Assembly: GCA_044892525.1 (NCBI GenBank)
Contig: CM097885.1
Span: 3,536,001-3,600,000 of the forward strand
Direction of reading: 5' to 3'
Length of the DNA stretch: 64,000 bases
DNA from: Schmidtea polychroa
Taxonomy: Eukaryota
The notes beneath the pieces are model-generated. The model had not been told where the DNA came from and did not search any database. It saw nothing but the letters and a program-made list of their open reading frames with translations. Numbering within the stretch: the stretch's first letter is position 1; each line of letters opens with the position of its first letter. Positions 38,201 to 50,414 of the stretch are shown here, piece after piece. A program made the translations under genes and the position numbers.

Positions 38201-41200
38201 CATTTAAACTTTTAATTTAACTTATATAAGTGAATAATTTTTTATTCTCTATCTAATATTAATGATTATTTTCTTTTAGTGAACGGATGCAGTTTATATA
38301 AATTTTGTATTGCCGAAAGTCATGAAGATGTGGAGAACTGTAAATCAGTTACATCATCATATTTCAAGATAAATGACTCTACCTTATCGGGTTACATATG
38401 TCCGGAATGTCTCATTATATCACCAGGTAGGTGGTTAATGTTTGTACGACAACACGGACACCATCTTAGAAGATTCGAAGAAACGAAGAGCAGGATGATC
38501 ACTAAAAGTAATACTCTTTCTACTATTAACAATTATTAATTTTTTATAGTACAATCGAAAATGAATACATCATACGATCCTAAGCAGATTAAAGAATATG
38601 TTACAAGTTATGTTATTTAAGTTGTTTAATATTAATTATAAATATAGTTAGACAAAACTCTGGCACCACAAAACGAAAGTCAATATTTTACGGAAATGGA
38701 GACTCTAACATACAATTGTGTCCACGTCGGGAGTCTGACTTAAATGGTTCTCGTGTTGAATTGACAAGCGATGTATCTGCAATTAATTCTCCTGACATTG
38801 TTGTTCCAGATTGTCTCATCAAAGAAATAGAAGATCATATTCAACGAATGGGTACAGTAAAAATCCAATTTGGACTTTGTGCAGAGTTTATCAAAGAGGA
38901 TGGTGAAATTAAAAAATGGTGTTTGTCGAATAAAGCAATTACAATGTCATCTTCATTTATTAATGATGGATTGAAAAATTAAAAGAAAAGTTGGAGAAAT
39001 ACACTCAACAAAGTAGTGGGTGGAGAATTCATAAAATATTAGAAGTTACTATGATTTTAACTAAATTATCAGACATAATACATGTATCTGGTAAGTTTAC
39101 TTACATTATTATATATATAAATCTAGATATTTACTTAGGTTCATGTTACATTAAAACGCCAAATTACCTGAAAAACTGCCAGGCTTTAGTTAATGTTCAA
39201 AATAATGATCGATTCTGCTTTTTATATAGAATACTGGCCGTATTACATTATGATGACATACGTCGGGATAGAGAAAGAACAACAAAATATAACTTAAGTG
39301 GTAATATATATATATATAATGTCATAAATCATTGAAATTTGTTTTTAAGACTTAAAATGGAAATTTGAATGGTTTCCGATGAAGTTGGTTAACATTTGCC
39401 AATTCGAAGCAATGAATCCAAATCTAGCGATCAATGTTCTCAAATATAATAAAGATCCAATTAAACAAAAAACTAATGATATTTTCAAGAATCCGTTCGT
39501 TGACTTGGTATATAGAAGTACTTCGACGGGATCTCAAATATATCTCTTATTGATTGAAGAAGGTAATATTTCCATTAATCATTAAAATATTAACTAAATT
39601 TTAGAATTAAATTATCATTTTTTGGCTGTAAGTAATCTCGATATACTGCTGAATTACAGAGATAGAGTAGAAGGAGTCAGAATCCAATCACATTGGTGTC
39701 ATACATGTCTTCATGGGTTTCAAAAACGTCCTGCTTTTGAAAGACATATAGGTCTTTGTAGGAAGAATGTGGAGCGGACGACTCTATACTCAATGCCAGA
39801 GAATAAATATATCGAATTTAAAGACTGGAGTAAAACTATAAAACAGCAGTTTGTTGTCTACGCGGACTTTGAATCGATATTACCTCTAGATGACAAGCAC
39901 TTCCAAAAACATGAGCCGATTGCATCTGAATTTGTGCTTCTTCATCAAGGTTGTCCGATTCGAAATGAAACATTTGTTGGGAAAAACTGTATCATTCAGT
40001 TTATACAAGCATTGAATGATATAGCTACAGACATAGTTTATCCGTGGTATAAAATTAATGGATCGAAGGAAATGATGGAACTCACTTGGGAACAGCAGGA
40101 AGAATTTACGAATCAAACTCATTGCTACCTTTGTAAAAAGATTATCAATATACCTGTTCGAGATCATGATCATTTTACTGGTCAATATCTCGGAGCAGCA
40201 TGTCAACATTGCAACTTGGCTAGAAGAATCAATCCGTCTTTACCTGTTGTATTTCACAATCTTCGTGGATATGACTTTCATCATATATTAAAATATGCAA
40301 TTGCAAAATTCCCCGATTGGAATTTAAATGTTATTCCTCAATCAACAGAAAAGTTTCTCACACTTACAGCGACATCGAAAGGCAAAAGAATTAGATTCAT
40401 TGATTCTTTACAATTTTTAAATAGCAGCTTGGCAAATTTATCAAAAAATTTACCATGTCTTCCACTGACCTCAGATGTTTTCGAATCACAGATGATGACT
40501 TGTAAAACCATTTTTCCTTATGATATGGCTACATCAATGGATGCTTTACAGTCAATAACAGAATTACCACTGATTTGGGAGGGAGTTAGTGAAGAAGATT
40601 ATATACATGCAAATCGAATCTGGCAACAATACAACTGTGAGACACTGCTAGATTACATGCTAGTATATCTCAAGCTGGATGTTTTTCTGTTGGCCGATGT
40701 TTTTGAAGCTTTCAGAGAAAAAACATTTGACGAAGATGGACTTGAGGCTTTATCGTTTGTTTCCATACCCGGATTAAGTTGGGCATCAGCTATTAAACAG
40801 TTACCTGAACCGGTAGAACTTATTCAAGATCCAGAGCTTTACCGTTTATTTGAAGCTGGTATTCGTGGTGGAATGACATTTATCAACAAACATCATGTTG
40901 AAGCTGATGAATCAACACAAATGTCATACCTAGATGTTAATAATTTATATGGATGGGCGCTGTCGCAAAAACTTCCTGTTGGGGAATTTAGATGGTTAGA
41001 AGATCAGACTGAAATGAATGGTATTGTTGAAAGATGTGCAAATGGGGATGAGTTTGATGGAGATCGTGGATATGTTCTAGAGGTTGACATCGTCATTCCT
41101 GATAGTATACAAGATAAACTAGATGATTTACCTATAGCTCCTGAGCTTTTATATCCGCCTGGTAGTAAAATTGAAAAGCTGTTGTTAACTCATGAGCCTA

Positions 41201-42465
41201 AGAAAAACTATGTAGTTAATGGTAGAGTTTTGACAGAGTTGTTGAGTTACGGCGCAAAGGTCACAAAAGTTAATCGTGCTGTAGAATTCAAGCAAGTGGC
41301 TATTTTCAAAGGATATATTTATTACAATACCAAAATGAGAGCAGCTAGTACGGATTCGTTTCAGCGAGATTATTATAAGTTAAAGAACAACAGTTTATAC
41401 GGTAAAACTGTGGAAAACTTGAAGAAACGTATAAATTTGAGATTATGCAGCAAAGCAAAAGATTGATAACTTATTGTAGTAATCCTATGTTTCGTCGTAG
41501 CATCAAGATTGCGGATGATCTCATTGCTGTTATACTTGATAAGGAAATGGTGTGTTTAGATAGACCAATGTATATTGGACAAACCGTACTTGATTTATCT
41601 AAACTTCGCATGTACCAGTTTCAATATAAAGAACTACAGAGTTACAGAGAAGAATTCAATTGTCAAATTAATATCGTAGCCGGTGACACAGATTCCTTTT
41701 TTTTAGAGTGTAAAAATGTTGATTTACGCTTACAACTATATCCAAAAATGATTGAAGATGGGCTCCTAGATACTTCAAATTATCCAGTGACTGATTCATT
41801 GTTGTCAGATAAAATTTGTTCGGATCGGGAAAGTTAAGGATGAGAATAAAGGAAATCAATATAAAGAATGGGTGTTTCTTCGACCCAAATGCTACTCACT
41901 CCAAGGCGATAAAAACACTCTAAAAGCCAAAGGAATAAGTCTTACAAATTCTAATATCACCCATGAAGCTTATAAAAAAGTGTATACTGATGGTGGAACA
42001 GTGAGCATCCAACAAAAGAGAATAGGAAGTGTTAATCATCAGTTGTATACTTTCATTACAGAAAAACGAGCTCTCCAATGTTTGGATGATAAAAGATATT
42101 GGTTCAATTCTAATGAAAGCTATGCCTACGGTCACTATAAGATTCGTCAAATGCATATTGCAACTGCTCCGTCTACAAATGAATGCAAATCGAAACAAGC
42201 ACTTTAACAATTAAATTTATGTGAATAATAAAATATATATTGTGAATTATTTTTGTGTTTATTTTATTTATTTTTTCCGAAAAATTAATATCCGGTTTAT
42301 CCAAAATTAACTCAGCGTTTTATTTTATAATAAATTAAATAATTTCTAATTAAAATTTTATTCAAATTGAAATATTATTGTTATAATTTACCTCTTGTTA
42401 GAATATAATGTAAATGTAAAATTAAAAAAAATAAAAAAATAAAAACAATAAAAAATAAAAATAAA

Positions 42466-42498
<33 letters not shown>

Positions 42499-45400
42499 AA
42501 ATAATACTAAAATAAAAACATAATAAAATAATTAAAATATTAATAAACTAATAAATTAATTAAATGTATAAATTAAAAATTAAGTAAAGTAAGTAATTAA
42601 AATATAACATCATAAAATAATTAATTAATAAAATTAAAAAGAAAAAAAAATAAATAAATAGAAGTAATTAAATAAAATTTAAATTAAAAAAAAATTAATT
42701 AATTAATTAAAAAATAAATGAATAAAAATAAAAATAAATAATAATAAAGCGTAAGTAATTAAAATAAAATATAAATAAACTAATAAATTAATTAAATGTA
42801 ATAAATTAAAAATTAACTAAAGTAAGTAATTACAATATAACATCATAAAAAAAAATTAATTAATAAAATTAAAAAGAAAAAAAAAATAAATAAATAAATA
42901 AATAAATAAAAGTAATTATATAAAATTTAAATTAAAAAATAAATAAATTAATTAAAAAAAAAATAAATAAATTAAAAAAAATAAATAAATAAATAAAAAT
43001 AAAAATAAATAATAATAAAGCGTAAGTAATTAAAATAAAATATTAATAAAATAAAAAAGAAAAATTAAAAAGAAGTAATTAAATAAAATGTTAATTTAAA
43101 AAATAAATGATTCGATTGGTCTATATTTGATCTTGATATTCCATGACCTTGAAAGTGCGCTGGAGTCCTTACTTCATACTACTAATTTAATATAGATTTT
43201 AATCTACAAATTTAACATTAACAGATACTTCAATTAACTGATCACCTTTATAACATTTAAACTATATTATTATTAAATAGGATTTTGGAAGTTCCTAAGA
43301 AAATGGTGTTACTGCTTTTAAAGACTATAAAAATAGGTATCACTTTGGCACTCTATTGATTCATAGACACATTGTTTATTTACAACCGATTTATTCCGCA
43401 AATTATTTTTTTGATATCTCGCCAATTCAGAGAAGGCTGGCATTGTAACATGTGAATTAGACCATGTATTATCATCAGTTATTTAATTCAGTTATTTAGA
43501 AACTTTTCCAGTTGAAAACTGTTGAAATATCATTCAATCATATCCTTCTATGAAGATATTCTATGACCAAAATTCTTTATTAAAATAAATTACACGTTTT
43601 TAATGAAACTATAAAATCCTATAAAAAATGATTGAGTACAAAGTTTTCTATTAATTTTTCTATTTAAATATTTTCCATTCAAAATAATTACATCTATTTT
43701 TAATTGAGATCACATCAATAAGTGAATAAACTTAATTAATTAACATTAAAAATAAACTTAATGCCATTAATATGTATGTGTGCATGCCTCAAATAGTACA
43801 AACATTTCTCTGCTTATGACAGATTGAATTTGGAAATGGTGTTTCATTACTATTGTAAATGATATGATAGAAACAAGAATTAATTATGATTTATATAATT
43901 TCTCGTAATTCACTTTAATGTTTAAGATATAGATAACTTTTGACTTACTTATAGTTAAATGCCTTTTTCATTAAATTTATTGTGTGAAAATTCATTGTAA
44001 AAACTCACATTTACTCTAAATTCTTCTGCAAGCTTTAATTTACAACACGCTAAATTCTGGACCGTCCCAATTGCCGCTTCAATTGATAAATAGTTCTTGG
44101 AGAAATTTATAATCTCCAGTAACAAGTCTATCATTTCTGAATTCCACAACAGCATTTGGCCTCCAATATCCATCTGGCGGGGATTTGAAACATTAATTTG
44201 GTCCCTATTATTTTTTTTAGTTTTTTTGTTGAATGAGTATTGATGATTGGATTGAAAGCTTTCATGGATGGAATAGCAGAGATTACGAATAGTACAAATA
44301 CAACTCTCTACGATCCTATTGTTGAACGCTTCTGTATTGAATGAGAACTGTATAATAGATGTAACGGAATCTAATAGCCCTTCACACATTCTCATAGATT
44401 GGCGAGTTTCATTAGGTCCACTGCTCATGTTCCTATTAAAATGTGAGCAATTCCTTCATTTATAGTAAAAATAATACTTTAAGAATGAGGTGACAAATTC
44501 CAATAGCGGTCCGTATGTGATAGTCAGGTCCGCTATCTTGAATAGGCTTATTCTGTTAGTTAGAGGGTCTACTATCATACCTAAGCTGGGCAATAATACA
44601 AAATGGACAAGTGTTGATATGCAACTGTGGGAAAGGACTATATGAAATAAAGTACAGCTGGAAAGATTGCATAAAATTGCAGCCAGATATTCGATAAATC
44701 TTGTCATATAACTAGAGTTTGATTCCATTTGACTCTCAATTATTTCAACTATTCTTTCTTTTCCCAATTCTTTCTAAAAATATATCGCATTAATATATAA
44801 TAAAAATTAGATTTACATCTTTCACAATTTATCACTGATCGGTCACTTAGTTAAAGGTTTCTTTCAATATCCTAAGTTGATTCACCAGGGGAGGGGGACT
44901 ACAATAATGGTTTATGACTTTTTATAACTTACAAGATTTGGTGGCACAAAAAGTCAAATAAAGTTTTACAGTAATTAGTAATGTTTGTACAGATGTATTA
45001 AATATTATTAAGGTGAAATGTTTATACATAATTATGTAAATAAAATATACTGATAAAGAGACAACAATAATATTACTTGCATCGATAATTAGACATTCAT
45101 TCACAAAATCAAGCGGCAAATTAAAAAGCTTATAAACAAAGAAAATAAATTGAATAATTTGAGATGACAAATATTAAGTTAATAAATTTGATAAATTTTA
45201 TTAGATAAAATATTAAAATAATAAAGTAGATAGAAATATAATTTTATAACATTGTCGAAAGATAAGAAAAAATCAAAGTCATCTAAAGATTTTTAAAAAG
45301 TTTAAAATGTTTAAAATAACGTATGAAATGCAAAGCCGAAAACAGGAAAACACATTAAAAAAACATCTCCCAAACGCTGTTGGACTAGATGGAGCGAGTT

Positions 45401-45878
45401 TTGATTGTATCCATTTAAATTAACTACAAATTCAATATTCAAACATTTACTATTATTTACAATATTCAAACAAGAGAATTATTTTACGCCAACAATATCT
45501 TAAACAAGAAAACATGAGACACTTCATTTTACTATCTGTCTATTAATTTAAATTATATAATTATATTATAAATATTTTACATTAAAATTGTTAATACAAT
45601 ATTTACAATTATTATTTACATAACATACATATTAAATTATACACTAATTAATACACAATATTTAAATTTTTTAATTAATTAAAAACGCTACTTTTGTTTA
45701 CCACTTTCAAATTCAAATTTATTTTAAAATTTTATTGTATATTTTTTCCTCAAATTATTGATCTGTTAAACGCGTAGTTCAATTTCAAAATTCGCACGCC
45801 TTATGCGTTGTATGTCCAAGGTCTTGACCTTTATACATGTCAAACGCAAGATATATACATTTATTACATTTTTGCAGA

Positions 45879-45930
<52 letters not shown>

Positions 45931-48882
45931 CGAGCGCAACAATTTTAAGTTTTGAAAGGACGTTGAACGTTTTTATTTTATTATTTCCCCTAAAACATCC
46001 TGCAAATCACGTGTTCTAGCAATTTGAAGGAATTTTCGGCAAATATTTTTTGTGGATTTTAAAGATTTTGAAACGTTACCATTATCAATGACCAGTTCTG
46101 GATCTAGTTCTATCTGTTCTATAATGATACAAGATCGGTTTGGAAATATTGGCTCCCGAATCAATCTTTTAATTTACATGAAATGACACCAAATGACAAA
46201 TGGTTTAGAGTACCAGACGGGCCTGATTGCATGATTACCATAAAAAACAAAAAACTACTCTCGAAGAGAAAATAATTATGAAACAAATTAAATTTTATGA
46301 ATAACCTTAATTTGAATATTGGGTCCATAGGACATGTTCCGGATCACGCCAGCAGCATTGAGTTGGACCAGTCGCTGAGAAGAGTTGAGAAACGGTAAGA
46401 TCAGAGGAATTCCATTTTTAAGTCTGAAAAAAATAGTAGATATGATAAAAATGTTATAAAGTTTAACAAATAGATAGCCTATTTCTTGCTAATATAAAAT
46501 CGAATGAAATAGAGAAAATGATGCAATTGGTATGAAGAGAATGACATGACATGAAAGTATGGAGATAGAAATCATATTTCAGAGCAAGAATTTTCTTTAT
46601 TTTGTCAATTTTCTTTATCTTATCTTTGATAATTCTTTTCTAGATAGAATGGTTACATTTTCTGCACCTACTTGCACTAACCTGCGACAGAGTCCTTCTT
46701 TTAGATGAATTACTGACAGACAGGTATGCAAGTTTTTCATCGAACCGCTGCCATTCAGTATGCTTTCTATGAAGGTCTTTTTTGTGTGAACAGAGCTGAA
46801 CTCCGTCCATTTTAGTAACATTGAAGATTTTTCCGCGGTCTTTCATAAAACCTCATAAGAATATTTCATGAGCATGAATTATGTCAAAAAACTGATGATA
46901 TTTTGCTGTTAAAAACTATGGACGAATTCTGGTTACAAAAAATTAAAACAAAGGTTATCATTAATTAAGAAGTACAAAGAGGAACAGGAATTCCAAATTC
47001 CAAAAAAAGCAGCTTGATACAGATATCGGAATTGCTAGAAAAGTCGGCAAAAAAGAGATAAAACAAGGCATATCTCGACATCTGTCAGAGATAAGACGGG
47101 AACAGTGGAAAATGCGGAAATAAGAAAAAAATGGAAAACAAAATTATCTCAAGTACCGCAAATGTAAGCTATAAAAGGGAAAAACACAGAAATCAGCAGG
47201 AGTGGAAAACGGAGTTCAATCAGAATTACAGGAGAGAATTCAGAAATATTTAATTGAGGGTAACGAGAATCTTTGGAAAAATCTAATATAAAAGTAGAAG
47301 TAGAGTAAATAATTTGTTGTCAAAGCAAATAAAGCAATCGATTAATGTATCCTGTTAGTGAGTCCGTCGATGACTAGAGATTATTGTTATTATTATACAC
47401 CTAGAGATATTCTTTACGTAAGTGTCGCAAAAAGCTCTGTATAATTCTCTTTTTTAGAGTTAATTGCTTTTTGCAACTTGTACAATCTGTTGTGAATATT
47501 AATAAAGCTTTATCTTGTTCGAGATTGTTAACTTGTGAATCGATAAACCATGCTTGGAGTCCGAGATGGGATTGTTGAATTTAGACGTTATCACTAATCA
47601 ATTAACCCAACAGAATTTATGTTTTAACTGGGCAATCTGTAAATATTTATATATGATTGAATTTCAGAACTCAAAATTTGTGAGAGATTATAATATATTG
47701 ATTATAGTATAAATATCATATTTTATTATTACAATAATGATTTTGATTTATTTTCAAAATAAGTTTTTTGAATGTTTTTATTGGTAGATTTTGGACCAAT
47801 CGGTTGAGATAAAATCGATCTAATCAAAAGTTTAGTTGACACGCTTGACAATAAACAATTAATTTCTAACTTATTAATCCAAGCATTCAATATACAAGTA
47901 AACAATATAAAATATATATTTATATCTTTATGGACTTTTATTATCATAAATATAAACGAATTCTAGTTCAAATTATAAAATGGAAGTTAATAAAATTATT
48001 TAGTTAATTATTTTTTTCATTTATTTTAAACAAATATTTCTATTAATTAATTGCAAAATATTTGTTTTATAGCTATTGTTAAACTGTGAGTAACAAAATT
48101 CCCAATTTATAAATCGCGGGTATCCTGTACCCTTATCAAAGGTGAGAAATTTTGAGTAAATGCCATACAAATCTTGGACATCCAGAATTAAAATGATGTA
48201 TCCTGCCAGCCTGAGAACATTGAGTACCTTGAAGCTCTTATGGATACAATGTTACTATGTCTGTTACCCTATGTTCTTCTATTGGATATCAGCTTGAGAG
48301 GGAAATAATAGAGCATAAGTCTTACACACCGAGGGTCTGAGGTGGATTAAAAAGACAGATTTTACTCTTTAGTTTAAACTTTTTAAATATATGAATGAAA
48401 TTATAAAGACTGACTTTATCGGCCTTTACATCTTATTAAATGCCTTTCATAAATAATGATCATTGAAAAATTCTTTGTTAAAAAAAACCGAAAGAAGAAA
48501 CATGACAAACTTTTTGACAAAACGATTAATAATATTTCAATAAAATGAAGAACTCTAATATATAAAAGCGCCGCTGAAAAGACGGAACGAACGAATCATA
48601 TTTGCTCAATTATCAACCACATCAAACAGAATTAGTAAATAAGTTTATTTAAAGTAAACAAATGTAATTGCTATTCAAAAATAGAGTAAACAAATATTTA
48701 TCTCAACACAAATGTTACCTGATTATCTCTTTGACGTTTTCGTCTTCAAAAGTAATGTGTTGAAGAAAGGCCAGCGCATTCAATTGGATATCAACATTTT
48801 CCGTTGCCAAAAGGTCGAACAGTTCAGGAATTCCTGGCTCGAGATTCGAAGGTTGCGTCATTCCATCGGTGGATGACCACAT
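30447..48882 (-). CDS. Host p120/delta-catenin-family armadillo-repeat gene (multi-exon, model incomplete)
   Basis: Exons: ~48882-48719 (IPELFDLL...NALAFLQHITF), 44773-44478 (AAILCNLSS), 44432-44009 (NMSS...RMCEGLLD...VESCICTIRNL...EAAIGTVQNLA), 31209-30893 (RKRKGLPSLV...LRNLSEDLRNLELIG), 30843-30447. The phase-compatible GT-AG introns between the last four are 45, 12799 and 49 nt. Exons between 48719 and 44773 were not resolved. Confidence 0.82.
32595..36577 (-). pseudogene. Spliced pPolB, arm B-left (TAG at 35268-35270; 1-nt deletion near 34838)
   Basis: Same motifs and introns as the other arms; uninterrupted 732-aa C-terminal ORF. Confidence 0.92.
36850..37290. repeat. Degenerate ~85-bp repeats in the element core (also at about 19890-20330)
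   Basis: Recurrent ACAAAGTAATAACATATTTCAG...TTGTAAAATATTT. Confidence 0.7.
37320..38095. repeat. About 5 copies of a 130-148 bp tandem repeat with internal palindromes
   Basis: TAGAAAATTAAATTTTATC recurs near 37329, 37459, 37607, 37755, 37899 and 38043; TGTGTGTATTACACACA or a variant is present in each full unit. Confidence 0.92.
38096..38205 (+). promoter_or_regulatory. Pol II promoter of pPolB: two CCAAT boxes, TATA box, initiator (mirrored in the left arms at about 36600-36710 and 19640-19750)
   Basis: ATTGG at 38100 and 38145 in a 45-bp direct repeat; TATATAAG at 38171-38178; TCATT at 38200, about 30 nt downstream of the TATA box. Confidence 0.7.
38229..42207 (+). pseudogene. Spliced pPolB, arm B-right (deletions of 1, 1 and 2 nt near 38971, 41452, 41825)
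   Basis: Introns 38230-38279, 38508-38549, 38607-38647, 39091-39138, 39301-39349, 39563-39604; AATAAA about 20 nt after the stop. Confidence 0.92.
45884..45927. repeat. (AT)n microsatellite
   Basis: Directly visible. Confidence 0.9.
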
Positions 48883-49080
48883 TTTACTTCTACAATCATT
48901 TACAGATTTGGATCAGTTTTCATTAATACCAAATCATTTAATTTTTTGAATCTGTTACTTAATTTATATGATCCGCCTTTGAGGTTTGTTATCAGTATGA
49001 TATTTTCACGCATCAATGACAAAGCATCACAATTCTTACACACCACAAATAACCAATCAATACTTTAATATAGATTTTTA

Positions 49081-49350
<270 letters not shown>

Positions 49351-49574
49351 AATTTTATTAAAGTAAACCAAAAAATAATAAGAAAATTATTTAAAATAAT
49401 AAGAAACATACTTGAAAAATATTTGCCCTGAAAATCCAAAAATTGAAATTTAAAAAATTTCCTGGAAATGGAAATAAGAGAAATTTCTAAATTGAGATTT
49501 GATTGGTGGAATGTTATTGACATTTTTGAGGTCACAAATACAGTTGGGATATTTCTTACAATACCGCATATTGA

Positions 49575-49778
<204 letters not shown>

Positions 49779-50414
49779 GAGTTTTCAATTAAATTAATAT
49801 TAAATTCGGTGTTTTAGACTTCACGTGTTTTATAAAAACAATTAGTTAACCAACACTCAACTTATATTTGTATGCGAATTATTACAATCTACAATTAACA
49901 AAACTCCGAATATCGCAATAACATGTCTACAATAATAATCATCGCTTTTCTTTAATCCTTGGACTCAACTTTATCCTTTATTTTTGTTCGTTCTAGCAGA
50001 GCCAAATGCCGATTGTTCCTAAGTTTTAGTTCCTTTATATAGTAAGAATATAGTCATATTCAAAAAGAACTATTATATGAAATATTTTAAAATTTCTTCA
50101 TATTTGGGCACATTTTAATATTTTATCAGTTTTGTCAGGTCCCAACGGAGAGAAAGATGTAAATGAACTATGTAAAAAAATTTTTAATTTAAGTTTAGCA
50201 GCAAATAGGTTTGAGGAGAGATGTTAAGGAATATTTTTAAATGACCCCTTTAACCATATTTGGCTGTAATTCCAACACATTATCCATCTGCTTTCTAGGG
50301 ATGTCGACAGTTCCCTTTCATAAAGCTCCTTTCATATGGAAAACAATATGATAAAATAATACAAAAATCATCAAATCTTTTTATTATTAAGGCAAAACAT
50401 AATGAAATTAATTA

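Larger units (their letters stand above)
31394..43183. mobile_element. Palindromic pPolB-only Polinton-like element, insertion B (11790 bp; arms 31394-36710 and 38096-43183; core 36711-38095)
   Basis: Starts AGTAGTATG and ends CATACTACT. TSD AATTTA at 31388-31393 and 43184-43189. The arms are reverse complements along their whole length, apart from substitutions and indels. Confidence 0.93.

Noticed and set aside
38279..38539. Separate 86-aa gene upstream of pPolB (also 19305-19565 and 36267-36527)
   Set aside because: Better explained as exon 2 of the spliced polymerase; its GTG start overlaps an acceptor AG.
15631..42214. Antisense ORFs repeated over the pPolB copies (e.g. MLKCLFRFAF...)
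   Set aside because: Shadow frames; they recur only because the arms are near-identical.
31394..43183. Palindrome as a fold-back read or assembly artefact
   Set aside because: The arms differ by many substitutions and indels, the core is asymmetric, both ends are flanked by a matching 6-bp TSD, host exons continue in phase on both sides, and a second locus has a different TSD.
14961..43183. Four independent pPolB insertions
   Set aside because: TSDs match only across paired arms, and the inner arm ends lack AGTAGT termini.
47353..47612. TGTTAG...CCAACA segment with AATAAA as a solo LTR
   Set aside because: No TSD or second copy in the window.
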